Positions 19,796-29,797 are shown, counted from the first letter of the stretch. The stretch is DNA of 64,000 nucleotides from Methanotrichaceae archaeon (GCA_963803145.1 CAWDLW010000042.1:47342-111341), one strand, 5' to 3'. Numbers and translations are program-made. Notes: generated by a model not told the origin, from the letters alone.

Positions 19796-20614
19796 ATGAT
19801 CTTTCCCGAGGATTATAAGCTAGTAGGTGTGAAGGACAAAGAGCGGCCTGGTGAGCCGATCTACTTCTCAACGCAGTATATGCTATTTAGGGACGGCCCC
19901 AGGCTCTACAGCGTGAGCAGCAGCGGCGTAGGCTTCATGCGGACTGTTGAAAAGATGGAGCTGATTGCCTCAGGCTCCCAGATAGTTGAATACCCTACTA
20001 GGGTGGATACGAGAGATCGGGCAAGATTGATAGAACTTGCAAGCAGTATATGTAGTGGCGTTGTGAATACAGTGATATTTCAGGGGCCGGATGAGCACAT
20101 AACCTTCGTTCATGAGCCTGATTTAAATGCAATCCTGAACATTGAAATTCTTGATGTGCTTCCTCCTGATCCGCCCTGGCTTATGCACGTAATCGATAGA
20201 TTGGAGCATTGCGGAGTCCTGGGAGATCTAACAGTGAAGTTCAGACCGAGAGTCCTCGACCTGCGAATGTTTAATTGCGACTGCGTTTACTACCCATGCC
20301 GCGCTTCTGGTCTCGGCAGATCATTGGATTCTGATAAGGTTGTACACGATCATCCGAGGATCGTCGGGTGTGAAATATCAAGGGAGATCTTTCTGGCAAC
20401 ATCACAGCGAGGGGATTACGATTTCGTAAATATTTGTCCTCTAAGCAGCCTTGAGCCTGGAGGGCCTTTTATAACGAGATGCTGCCGCTCTGAGAGACGA
20501 GGGTTGATTAAAAAGAATGGATTTCAGGGGGTTGTTGTACATTGGGGTGACGGCCCCTGGAAAATAGCTGAGGCAATAAGATGTCTGGTGAGCGCCATAA
20601 GAGGAAACGAGTAG
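19796..20614 (+). CDS. Cys-containing hypothetical protein between hacB and aksF
   Basis: 272-aa ORF with YYPC, IVGCEIS, NICP, TRCCRSER, VVVHWG; overlaps the next gene. Confidence 0.75.
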   Translation: MIFPEDYKLVGVKDKERPGEPIYFSTQYMLFRDGPRLYSVSSSGVGFMRTVEKMELIASGSQIVEYPTRVDTRDRARLIELASSICSGVVNTVIFQGPDEHITFVHEPDLNAILNIEILDVLPPDPPWLMHVIDRLEHCGVLGDLTVKFRPRVLDLRMFNCDCVYYPCRASGLGRSLDSDKVVHDHPRIVGCEISREIFLATSQRGDYDFVNICPLSSLEPGGPFITRCCRSERRGLIKKNGFQGVVVHWGDGPWKIAEAIRCLVSAIRGNE

Positions 20615-21567
20615 CAATTGTAAGAGGAGACGGCATAGGTCCAGAAGTGATAGAGAGCGCTTTGGCTGTTCTTCATGCAGTTGACGCTGATATAGACGAG
20701 GTTCCAGTAGAGATTGGTTTTGGCAGATGGAAGCGCACAGGCGCTGCTATGGGCGATGAGGATTTTGAAACGATAAAGGAATGCAGTTGCATCCTTTTCG
20801 GGGCTATAACAACTCCACCGGACCCTAATTACAGGAGCGTTCTTCTGAGGATCAGGAAGGGACTTGATCTCTATGCAAATATTAGGCCCTTTAACAGCAA
20901 GCATGTGGACATGATAATAGTAAGAGAGAATACCGAAGGGCTCTACTCAGGGATAGAAGAGCTTGGAGAGGAAGAGTCGAGAACGTCCAGGGTCATAACA
21001 CACTTTGGTTCTAAACGGATCGCCGAGAAAGCCTGTGATATTGCTGCAAACCGTCGGAAACTTACCATCGTCCATAAATCCAATGTTCTGGGGAGCGATC
21101 GTCTTTTCCTGAAGACATGCGAGAATGTAGCAGAAGATCGCGGCATTTCATATGACGATATGTATGTCGATGCCGCAGCATACAACCTAATAGTGAGACC
21201 AGAAAAGTTCGATGTTATCGTGACGACAAACCTCTTCGGAGATATTCTGAGCGATGAGGCCGCGGGCATAGTTGGAAGCCTTGGACTTTGCGCCAGTGCA
21301 AATATTGGCGACGGTCGAGCGCTATTCGAGCCTATTCACGGAAGCGCGCCGGATATTGCAGGAAAGGGCATAGCCAATCCCGTCGGCGCAATCAGAAGCG
21401 CGGCAATGATGATGAGCTGGCTCGGCTTTCCAGAAAAGGCAAAAAGGATAGATGCGGCGGCAAACTGGTCCCTGGATGAAGGTATACTTACCCCAGATCT
21501 TGGGGGCAGCTGCAAGACTCAGGATGTGACAATGGCTATTGTCGGCCGCCTGAATGCCTCAGGCTAG
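20581..21567 (+). CDS. aksF: Isocitrate/isopropylmalate-family dehydrogenase, probably homoisocitrate dehydrogenase
   Basis: GDGIGPEV, IVRENTEGLY, NLFGDILSD, FEPIHGSAPDIAGKGIANP; family certain, AksF call from context. Confidence 0.72.
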   Translation: MSGERHKRKRVAIVRGDGIGPEVIESALAVLHAVDADIDEVPVEIGFGRWKRTGAAMGDEDFETIKECSCILFGAITTPPDPNYRSVLLRIRKGLDLYANIRPFNSKHVDMIIVRENTEGLYSGIEELGEEESRTSRVITHFGSKRIAEKACDIAANRRKLTIVHKSNVLGSDRLFLKTCENVAEDRGISYDDMYVDAAAYNLIVRPEKFDVIVTTNLFGDILSDEAAGIVGSLGLCASANIGDGRALFEPIHGSAPDIAGKGIANPVGAIRSAAMMMSWLGFPEKAKRIDAAANWSLDEGILTPDLGGSCKTQDVTMAIVGRLNASG

Positions 21568-21575
21568 ATTTAAGC

Positions 21576-22115
21576 CTAGATCTTAACTATCTTACCAGTG
21601 TACTCTATTTGTGCAGTCTTCACAAGCTGCGCGTTCAGAGCTTCATCGGTAAAGTGAGCTAGGATTGCGAAATCTCTCTGTGCGACCGCGCCTGATGGCA
21701 GTGCAGCTATGCCGCCGTAACAGACCTGTTTGGAAAAGCCGTGTTCAACCCTTGCTTTCCCTGTGCCTATGAACCCGCTCATTCCCGATACCGTGGCTTG
21801 TTTGATATCGACCATAGCGCAGGAGATTTTCATTAGGGTCCATAATCTATCATTTAGATCGAACATCTGAGGTGTTTGATACTCATAGAGATATACAGTG
21901 GCATAATCGGTATCATTATCTCCCTTGAAGGTTATGGAGTGAAGTATTGTATCCATTGTCGAGCTGGACTGCATAGGCTCGACTGTGACCTCCTTATTGC
22001 CGAAATCCAGAGATACATTGTAGTCTCGGAGCGATACGACCTTCTGTGCGCCTATTGCAGGTATGGCAGTAAGCATCAATGTGGCTACTGCTACAACTAA
22101 TATTACTAACCTCAT
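21576..22115 (-). CDS. Secreted hypothetical protein (paralog A)
   Basis: Signal peptide; YNVSLDFG, GKARVEHGF, CYGGI shared with next ORF. Confidence 0.75.
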   Translation of the reverse strand: MRLVILVVAVATLMLTAIPAIGAQKVVSLRDYNVSLDFGNKEVTVEPMQSSSTMDTILHSITFKGDNDTDYATVYLYEYQTPQMFDLNDRLWTLMKISCAMVDIKQATVSGMSGFIGTGKARVEHGFSKQVCYGGIAALPSGAVAQRDFAILAHFTDEALNAQLVKTAQIEYTGKIVKI

Positions 22116-22196
22116 TCATCAAACCCCCATGCCTAAAAGATATAGGACTAAATAATGCTTGCGGAAATACTTAGCCCGAGAGAAGCAGGGCTTAGT

Positions 22197-22724
22197 TCAT
22201 CCGGAATAATTGATATTTGCGGTCTTAACGAAACGCTGGTTGAGCGATTCGTTTGTGAAATGGCCAATAACCACGAAGAATGTGTTCTCGTTTGCTCCCA
22301 GCGACGCAAGCTGAACTATGCCGCCGTAACAGTTCTGGCCGAATCCGTGCTCCACTCTGGCCTCGCCTATTGCTACAAGTCCCCTTTGGCTGCCGATGTC
22401 TCCGGGATTTATCCTGATAGCCTTGCATGACGGCATCATAAGCGACCTGAGCGTGTCCTCCATCGGCACAGAATAGGATGGATTACTGCTATCTATGAGA
22501 TAGATGGACCCCCAATCTGCAGCCGAACTGCCTCGGAAGAACAATGAATGCACTGTACCGTAATCATCTGAGGTCACAGGCCGAGTCTCTACTGTCGTGT
22601 TCTTGCTGCCGAGATCCAGGGAGGCATTGTAATGCCAGATAGGAAATGTCTGATACTCTCCAAGGCAGGGACTCAATTGAAGTGTTATCAGGGCAATCAG
22701 ACATAACAATGCTTTAGTGCTCAT
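22197..22724 (-). CDS. Secreted hypothetical protein (paralog B)
   Basis: Signal peptide; YNASLDLG, GEARVEHGF, CYGGI. Confidence 0.75.
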   Translation of the reverse strand: MSTKALLCLIALITLQLSPCLGEYQTFPIWHYNASLDLGSKNTTVETRPVTSDDYGTVHSLFFRGSSAADWGSIYLIDSSNPSYSVPMEDTLRSLMMPSCKAIRINPGDIGSQRGLVAIGEARVEHGFGQNCYGGIVQLASLGANENTFFVVIGHFTNESLNQRFVKTANINYSG

Positions 22725-22810
22725 TTCTATATCCTCTAGGTATGGAAGATCGATTCAGGAGATAACCCTTGCGAGCGGATTTAAAATAACAGAGAATCAT
22801 ACGTATAAAC

Positions 22811-23011
22811 ATGACAGGTATAAGTACGGACTGCGATATGAATACGTTCCTCATCGATCTTGGCTTCTCTAGAGATGAGATTGATAAAGCATTCTATGAG
22901 CTTGATGAGTATAGAAGCATACCTGGAACAACGTTAAAAAAGTATCTCAGTTATCTTTTTCGAGAAGCTCGATCAACTCATCCATCGTATGCCTGGCCAT
23001 CAAATCTATAA
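22811..23011 (+). CDS. Small hypothetical protein
   Basis: 66-aa ATG ORF with plausible composition; 3' end overlaps the convergent regulator. Confidence 0.4.
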   Translation: MTGISTDCDMNTFLIDLGFSRDEIDKAFYELDEYRSIPGTTLKKYLSYLFREARSTHPSYAWPSNL

Positions 23012-23453
23012 GTTTCAGAGTTTGCTCATAAAAACGTCTTATCTTGCTTAATTTATCCCTGAAACTTTGCGTATCTGGCTCGTGCCCCCTTAGGTCCCTC
23101 TCAGTCAAATCTAGAGCATCAAGTATCAGCTGAATCTCATTTTTTATATTTGCAAGCATAACTGTTCTAAGAGAATCAGTATCAGTTACGGGAGCGTAAT
23201 AATACCTTTTATCACCCGGTATGACGATGCGTTTAGCCATCCCCAAGTTTTCCAGAATGCCCATGTTTGCACTGACCGTGGATTTGCTATACCCTGTCTC
23301 CTCCACAAGCTGATCCATGGACATTGGCTCAAGTGCCAGAAAGATTGTGCCCCTGAGGACGCCAGATGCGTCGCTGAGCCCTTTTGCATTGGCAGCCTTA
23401 ACGCATGCATCTACGATATGCTTCTTCAATGCCTCTCTGTCGTCCCTGTTCAT
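22947..23453 (-). CDS. GbsR/MarR-family transcriptional regulator
   Basis: wHTH EPMSMDQLVEETGYSKSTVS, PGDKRYYY; divergent from the exporter. Confidence 0.85.
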   Translation of the reverse strand: MNRDDREALKKHIVDACVKAANAKGLSDASGVLRGTIFLALEPMSMDQLVEETGYSKSTVSANMGILENLGMAKRIVIPGDKRYYYAPVTDTDSLRTVMLANIKNEIQLILDALDLTERDLRGHEPDTQSFRDKLSKIRRFYEQTLKLIDLMARHTMDELIELLEKDN

Positions 23454-23544
23454 CGCTTAGGAATAGACCACAAGTTTTATGTACTTTTCGCATGTTCTCG
23501 AACGTCCGATAAGACCCGAACGCAAAGCATTGCTAGGTGACCTC

Positions 23545-25866
23545 ATGAAAAGTGTGGAAAGGCTTGGAGAGTGGATTGCCGGAAACCCAATAATAATCAT
23601 AGCAGCTGCAGTGCTTCTTACAGTCGCTTCCATCCATTATGCAACGCAGATAGAAGCACAAGGAATGAATACGGAAAGCATGGTGGGAAAGGATTCGCCT
23701 CTCTATCAGCTTTACGATCACCTCTATGTTGAAAAGTTTGGAACTGAATCCATCGCAGTTCTCGTTGAAGGTGACGGCATAACAATGCCTGAAACCCTGA
23801 AGGCTATGCTGCGATTCTCGGATAAGATGAAGGAGCCAACGGAAGTGATCGGAGTGCAGAGCATTGCCGATGTTGTGGCCAACTCTGAGAAGATCCAGAC
23901 TGGCGTTAGGGATATTCCTTCCGAGGATAGGATAAACGAGATTCTTTCGAGTCCTGAAAATGCTGGAATCGTAAATGCCATGATGCCTGATAAAAGGCAT
24001 ACGATGATCTCAATTGAGCTGCCTGTGTCTATTACTGATGCTCAACTAAATGAGATTAATGCAGAAACAAACGAACAGGTAAAAATGGCTGATTTCCCGC
24101 CTGATATCGGAGTCACCGTTACAGGCAGAGCTGCGCTCATGACATCTATCATGAGTTATATAAATGACAGCAACGGTCCAGTTCTCGGTTTAGCAGGAAT
24201 TTTGATGATCTTGGCCTTGCTGCTCACCTTCAGGCATGTGAAATGGCCGCTTTTGCCTATACCTATTGTATTCCTGGGGATAATCTGGACGTTTGGAGCC
24301 ATGGGGTTTTTACATATACCCTTTACCATGGTATCCATGTCAGCCTTCCCTGTGCTTATCGGAATCGGCATAGATTATGCTATTCAGTTCCATAATAGAA
24401 TAGATGAGGAGTTCTCAAAAGGTCAGACTTCAGTTAAAGCAGTAATAGAGACTGTCAACCACGTCTCAATTCCTGTCATGATAGCCCTGATCATAACTGC
24501 TATGGGGTTCGTCTCACTCATGACTTCATCAGTCCCTATGACCCGCGACTTCGGGCTGACCTGTCTTATTGGGCTCTTTCTTTGCTACCTTTCAGCGCTC
24601 TTTGTAGGCGTAACTTTCCTTCAGATAATCGAGAGGAGAGGATCTTCGAAGAAGAGAGATATCGAGAAGGAATCGGGACTCAATGTACCAAAGGAGACTG
24701 CTATCGGGCTGACTATAGAGAAGATCGCAATGTTTTGTATCCAAAGATGGCAGTTCGTGCTGGCTCTTGCACTCCTGTTGTCGCTCATAGGGACCTATGC
24801 AGATACCCAGGTTCTTGTGGATACTGATTTCAAGAACTATTTGCCCTCGGACATGCCGACTTTGATAGATTTCAGACATATGAGCGATATCTTCGGAGGC
24901 ACAGATACAATTAACCTTCTTATCCAGGGTGATGATCTAACAGATCCTAATACTCTTAAGTGGATGGATGATTTCAGCACATATCTTATGAACTCGCGGG
25001 GCCAGATTGAAGGTGCCTCAAGCATCGCCACCTATATCAAACAAGCAAATGGCGGCGTTATGCCTCAGGACCAGACAACAGCTCGGGATCTGATAAACAG
25101 CTTGCCGGCTGCAATACGAGACAGATATCTGGATGGTCATGATACAGCCATCATCAATCTAAACGTAGGTCAGACATTATCTGAATTAGGTGCCGAGGGT
25201 ACAGATCGTCTCATCAAAGAGATCGATAAGGACATCGCCTGGTATCCGCCCCCGCCAGATGTATCCGTCAGAGAGACCGGAGATTCAGTAGTGATGACAA
25301 CGGTCATTGCGGCCTTGACAACAGGAAGAACGCAGATGACACTGCTTGGGCTCTTGCTGATCTTTATCGTGCTTCTGATCATTTACCGAGATCCGATCAA
25401 AGCCCTTCTGCCAGTACTTCCCATGATGGTAGTTATCGGCTGGATGGGCGGGGTAATGTATTTGGCAGACCTAAAGTACACGCCCTTGACTGCTACCTTA
25501 GGCGCCCTCATCCTTGGAGTCGGTTCAGAGTATGCCATATTGATGATGGAACGCTTCTACGAGGAGTTGGGGAAGGTTGGAGATCCTATGGAAGCGCTTG
25601 GAATTGCTTCACGCCGTATAGGCTCAGCCCTGATAGCATCTGGTATGACAACAGTGTTCGGTTTCGGAGCTCTAATGGCATCTCCGTTTATCTTGACCAG
25701 CAACTTTGGGCTAGTCACCGTTATGGCGGTGATATTCGCCCTGCTAACTACCTTCACGGTGTTTGTTGTGCTCATGCTGCGCATGGAGGTCCGGCGTGAA
25801 ACCATGGAGAACGCTAAGTATGAGCTCATGAAAGCCCTTAAACTCATCAGCGCAAGAGGAGATTAA
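23545..25866 (+). CDS. RND/MMPL-type transporter (HAE3 family)
   Basis: Two repeats of TM-extracellular domain-TMs; GIGIDYAIQF and GVGSEYAI motifs. Confidence 0.9.
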   Translation: MKSVERLGEWIAGNPIIIIAAAVLLTVASIHYATQIEAQGMNTESMVGKDSPLYQLYDHLYVEKFGTESIAVLVEGDGITMPETLKAMLRFSDKMKEPTEVIGVQSIADVVANSEKIQTGVRDIPSEDRINEILSSPENAGIVNAMMPDKRHTMISIELPVSITDAQLNEINAETNEQVKMADFPPDIGVTVTGRAALMTSIMSYINDSNGPVLGLAGILMILALLLTFRHVKWPLLPIPIVFLGIIWTFGAMGFLHIPFTMVSMSAFPVLIGIGIDYAIQFHNRIDEEFSKGQTSVKAVIETVNHVSIPVMIALIITAMGFVSLMTSSVPMTRDFGLTCLIGLFLCYLSALFVGVTFLQIIERRGSSKKRDIEKESGLNVPKETAIGLTIEKIAMFCIQRWQFVLALALLLSLIGTYADTQVLVDTDFKNYLPSDMPTLIDFRHMSDIFGGTDTINLLIQGDDLTDPNTLKWMDDFSTYLMNSRGQIEGASSIATYIKQANGGVMPQDQTTARDLINSLPAAIRDRYLDGHDTAIINLNVGQTLSELGAEGTDRLIKEIDKDIAWYPPPPDVSVRETGDSVVMTTVIAALTTGRTQMTLLGLLLIFIVLLIIYRDPIKALLPVLPMMVVIGWMGGVMYLADLKYTPLTATLGALILGVGSEYAILMMERFYEELGKVGDPMEALGIASRRIGSALIASGMTTVFGFGALMASPFILTSNFGLVTVMAVIFALLTTFTVFVVLMLRMEVRRETMENAKYELMKALKLISARGD

Positions 25867-25868
25867 AA

Positions 25869-26933
25869 ATGAAGTTCACCTTATGCCTCTGCCTGTTAGT
25901 AGTATCATTGATCGCTGTACAGGCAGATACGACCTACCAGTCACCTGAAGAGACTGCGAACAACTACATCCCCCCAGTGGCGCTTGATAACTACTGGTAC
26001 ACTTACGGAGGACCCCTGTTCACTGCGGATATCACAGGCACGAACGAGTTCTCCCGAGGGGATACTGTCACGCTTTACGTGGGTTTAACGAACAACGGAA
26101 AGATCATGGGATTCAAGCAGGATAAAATGGCAAATACGCCAACTGAGTATGCCCTTGCCAATCAGGAGCAAAAGCTTGAGGCAGCAAGGACTACTGCTCT
26201 CTCAATAACCGGCACCCTCATTTCAAACACATCTCAGATCGATGTCCAATCGGGAGATCAGGTGATTCAATCCTTGCAATCAGGCCAGAAGGCTGGAGCA
26301 CCGCTGACGTATACCATAAAGATTGCGAAGCATGCGCCTGCGGGTGTGTATCCTCTGCAGCTTAAGCTGAACTACGATTATCAGTACAACGTAGAGGTGT
26401 ACGCCAACAGCATCGATCCACAAACGAGCCAGCTTTCCGGCTACCAGACATCATACTGGTATCAGCATGCGAACCAGTCGATCCCCATAGAAGTGTATGT
26501 CAAAAAGGCTGCAGACTTCGAGATAACTAAGGCTAATGGTACACTGGCTGTGGGCGAGAAGAAGGGGCCTGTTGAGGTCACATACAAGAACGTAGGTGAG
26601 GACCCTGTGACCGATGGGGTGGCAAGGCTCAGCATCTTCAAGCCGTTCTCATCAACGGACGATCAGTCATATATCGGCAATCTGGCACCTGGCGAGGAGA
26701 AGACTGTCATATTCAGGGTGGATACAGATTCAGATGCAACTCCCAAGGATTACGGCATCAACAGTGAGATCAAGTACACAGATGCCAAGGGAGATACAGT
26801 GATATCAGAGAGCATGAAAATACCAGTCCAAGTCAAACCAGAGTCAGCGTCTATGCTCGTGCCGGGCATCGCAGCTCTTGTGCTCATTGTTGCCGCGGGC
26901 GGGTACTTCTACAGAAAGAGGCAGAAGGCATAA
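25869..26933 (+). CDS. COG1361-like S-layer-domain protein with C-terminal membrane anchor
   Basis: Signal peptide, Ig-like repeats (YIGNLAPGEEK, YGINSEIKY), C-terminal TM plus basic tail; 2 bp after the exporter. Confidence 0.8.
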   Translation: MKFTLCLCLLVVSLIAVQADTTYQSPEETANNYIPPVALDNYWYTYGGPLFTADITGTNEFSRGDTVTLYVGLTNNGKIMGFKQDKMANTPTEYALANQEQKLEAARTTALSITGTLISNTSQIDVQSGDQVIQSLQSGQKAGAPLTYTIKIAKHAPAGVYPLQLKLNYDYQYNVEVYANSIDPQTSQLSGYQTSYWYQHANQSIPIEVYVKKAADFEITKANGTLAVGEKKGPVEVTYKNVGEDPVTDGVARLSIFKPFSSTDDQSYIGNLAPGEEKTVIFRVDTDSDATPKDYGINSEIKYTDAKGDTVISESMKIPVQVKPESASMLVPGIAALVLIVAAGGYFYRKRQKA

Positions 26934-26974
26934 GCCAGAGCCTCCTCTGCGTTTTATTTTTTATACCTGTTTTG

Positions 26975-27427
26975 TTATACTTGTTCTGGCGGTGAATCAA
27001 AGTGCTTCTCATAAGGTTTGATATCCAGAATAGGCGTACCATCCAAGGCATCGAGGTATTTGACCCTTATTCTGCTTCCGCGCACCTCCAAAACCTCGAC
27101 TACTGTTGCGCCTATCGGGTTAGGCCTGCAGGGGCTACGAGTTGAGAATACTCCGCGCGCGGGGATATTCGGATCTCCATGCGGATGAACCCTTGGCACA
27201 TAACCTGGAGATCTGTCGATATGGTATAAGACGATCAAATATTTGAAACGCTCAATGCCATCAAGGGCAGGGATATAACTTTCATCCAGCAGCAGGACTG
27301 ATTCAGAGCTCCTGATTCTTTCGGGCTCACTGGGCTGATTAAAGCTATTCATTACAATTCCTACTGGATGATAGATTATCGTCTCTGTCAAGGCTGATCC
27401 CAAGTATATGATGATCCAGCAGAACAT
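26975..27427 (-). CDS. trmO: tRNA m6t6A37 methyltransferase TrmO/YaeB family
   Basis: PVGIV, GVFSTRSPCRPNPIG, LDALDGTPILDIKPY; start uncertain. Confidence 0.88.
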   Translation of the reverse strand: MFCWIIIYLGSALTETIIYHPVGIVMNSFNQPSEPERIRSSESVLLLDESYIPALDGIERFKYLIVLYHIDRSPGYVPRVHPHGDPNIPARGVFSTRSPCRPNPIGATVVEVLEVRGSRIRVKYLDALDGTPILDIKPYEKHFDSPPEQV

Positions 27428-27504
27428 GAGCTTTGTTATCTCCCGTGATTATAGGAGAAGCCGCGCAGAATAAATATAATGATATTATGATAATTATGCT
27501 ATGA

Positions 27505-27592
27505 AATATAAAAAGGGGGATCGCACACTGATGCTGACGATAAGTAACACTATGCGCGACCTTTAACAGATTGGTGATTTACATAGTGTTAC
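27505..27592 (-). terminator. Long G-U-rich hairpin plus U tract, with an overlapping alternative hairpin
   Basis: Minus strand GGUCGCGCAU...GUGUGCGAUC followed by CCCCUUUUUAUAUUU; competing 11-bp IR gtaacactatg/catagtgttac. Confidence 0.5.
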
Positions 27593-27612
27593 GGTATTAG
27601 GTATTGATGGCC

Positions 27613-28167
27613 TCATGTCATGGCCATCAATTCAAGCTTCACTCGGTCTGATTCGCCAGAGCTGGAATCGGCCTCTGCTGTCTGGCCGTCCTCATCAGGC
27701 ACATATGCCAGATAAAGCTTTCTTCTCTTTCCCTGGGTTATCTTGACATGCTTCGGATCCAGATCCACCGCTCGCTTCATAACGCTGATAACTGTCGTCT
27801 TATTCAGACCGAGCATATCCACAAGCTCGCTGGTTGTATATCGTCCAGGCCTTTCTGTGATGATATCTATCAATGTCCTGGCATGGTTATCAAGAGCTTT
27901 GCTCTCGCTTGTGCTCTGCTCTTGGACAGGAGCGACCCGTCCCTGTCTCGCCTTGAGCTGGCTCTTCAGGTCGGCAACATCCTTTGACAGACGGTCTACC
28001 TGGTCTATTAGCCTGCCTAGGAGTTCGACATCATGCTGCTTGGAGCCAAGTTCTGTAGTTATCTTGTCCATTGCAGTTATGAGCGCGATCATCCCCTGCG
28101 TTTCTTTTCTTTGCTTTTCTATTTCCGCAAACTTTGTTTTGTATAACTCTAAAAGCTCCTCGAACAT
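27613..28167 (-). CDS. Coiled-coil plus probable winged-helix protein
   Basis: Heptad-rich N-half; YTTSELVDMLGLNKTTVISVMKR HTH-like segment. Confidence 0.7.
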   Translation of the reverse strand: MFEELLELYKTKFAEIEKQRKETQGMIALITAMDKITTELGSKQHDVELLGRLIDQVDRLSKDVADLKSQLKARQGRVAPVQEQSTSESKALDNHARTLIDIITERPGRYTTSELVDMLGLNKTTVISVMKRAVDLDPKHVKITQGKRRKLYLAYVPDEDGQTAEADSSSGESDRVKLELMAMT

Positions 28168-28389
28168 CTATAAGCTACTCCTGATGCCTTCTAATCCTGT
28201 CTAGTTTCGAAGGTATTCAAAAGATTGACGGATATGACTGTACTATATTAGTATAAATACTTTTCTTAGTATTGTTTGGAAATGGTGACTTCTACAGAGT
28301 ATATCAGTATTTTGTCTTAGTAGAATAAATAATAATAATAATCTATTTCAGGTAGATCGATATGGTGATATAACGATAATGCCCCCAGG

Positions 28390-29181
28390 TTAGGCTGCAG
28401 TGCACCTTAGAAATTCCGGCAGTTCCAATATATCCTTTATCACCTTATCGGCAATCTTGGTGAGATTTATTGGAGGACAGTTGTTCTGCTGGGTTGTGAG
28501 AACTCCCAGATCAGCTGCTTCCAGGGCATATAGATCGTTCAGTCCATCTCCGACCATTACAACTTTACTATATTGCTTCTTCAGCAGGGATACTATCTCA
28601 CGCTTTCGCTTAGGAGCTGCAACCGGATAGATGTGATTCGGCTTGATGCCATAATCTACCAGATGTGAAAGGCCGCGCATGCTATCTCCTGATGCCACAT
28701 AAATATCAGCACCAAGATCCTTCAACTGATTCAGGACAGAGCGAAGGCCTGGAAAAGGAGTGCCTCCTGTGCTTATAGTATAGGCAAGTTCATTGAGTTC
28801 GACATCGATTATCATACCAGAGCTGCTGTAGGTATCTGGGCACCTGGCTTTAACGGCGCTATAGGTCTCCTGGACATCAGCCATTTTGGTATCTGAGTTA
28901 TAGAGGATTTCAATTGCTTTCTCCCTGGAGATGGGAGTGCTTGCGCAGCTTATCTCTATGGAATTCTTGTCCAGGAGAGATCTGATGGGCGTATCTGGGC
29001 TGCAGGATACGATCAAATTAGTATCAAGCTGAGGAACGATAAGAGCACGTCCGTGCTTTTCCATAACGAGATCGGATGTAAGAATATCCTTCAGCAGAAT
29101 GCCGCGGCGTATATCCTTTGCCACGCGATAAGTTTTTAATATTGTGCCGGCTGAATCGAAGACCACTGCAAGGTTCTGCAT
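28390..29181 (-). CDS. HAD-family hydrolase (soluble P-type ATPase-like)
   Basis: VVFDSAGT, YVASGD, VVMVGDGLND. Confidence 0.85.
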   Translation of the reverse strand: MQNLAVVFDSAGTILKTYRVAKDIRRGILLKDILTSDLVMEKHGRALIVPQLDTNLIVSCSPDTPIRSLLDKNSIEISCASTPISREKAIEILYNSDTKMADVQETYSAVKARCPDTYSSSGMIIDVELNELAYTISTGGTPFPGLRSVLNQLKDLGADIYVASGDSMRGLSHLVDYGIKPNHIYPVAAPKRKREIVSLLKKQYSKVVMVGDGLNDLYALEAADLGVLTTQQNNCPPINLTKIADKVIKDILELPEFLRCTAA

Positions 29182-29275
29182 CTATGCTAATAGGGTAAAA
29201 GAGGAAGATCAAGCTATCGGTGGATTCTCGATTATCTTGATCACCATCAGAGACCAAAGAGAGAACAAATACGAA

Positions 29276-29797
29276 TCACCACCCTTCCAGATGGATCCTA
29301 TCTACGTTGTATCTATCCTCCCTGTGTTTATCCTCTGCAGGATAGCCTAGGGCTATAAGGGCAAAGGGCACAACATTATCTGGTATATTGAAGAGCCTTC
29401 TAAATTCATTTGTTCTATCTTCTCTGGGACAGATTCCGAGCCACACAGCGCCAAGCTCCTTTGCACGCGCTGCGATGAGAATGTTCTCAGTTGCTGCTGA
29501 ACAGTCCTGCACCCAGAACCCAGTATGTTTTTCGATGGCCAGATCTCCGCATACAAGTATGGCGACAGGGGCTTCTTTTAGCATTTGAGAATGTGGATGG
29601 ATCTGAGTTATTCTGTTGAGGGTGACTTTATCTTTGATGATTATGAAATGCCAGGGCTGCTCATTTCCTGCAGAAGGCGCAGCCATCCCCGTTCTCAAAA
29701 GTTCATATATCACCAAATCCGGAAGAGGTTCGTCCCTATATTTGCGAATGCTTCTGCGGGTGAGGATCGCGTCTATGGCATCCATGCTTTTCACCAT
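29276..29797 (-). CDS. Nitroreductase family protein
   Basis: RRSIRKY, APSAGNEQPWHF, QDCSAATENIL, LGAVWLG, ALGYP. Confidence 0.92.
   Translation of the reverse strand: MVKSMDAIDAILTRRSIRKYRDEPLPDLVIYELLRTGMAAPSAGNEQPWHFIIIKDKVTLNRITQIHPHSQMLKEAPVAILVCGDLAIEKHTGFWVQDCSAATENILIAARAKELGAVWLGICPREDRTNEFRRLFNIPDNVVPFALIALGYPAEDKHREDRYNVDRIHLEGW

Noticed and set aside
23487-23522. Imperfect palindrome tcgcatgttctcgaacgtccga between regulator and exporter
   Set aside because: Plausible GbsR-type operator, but too degenerate to call without orthologs.
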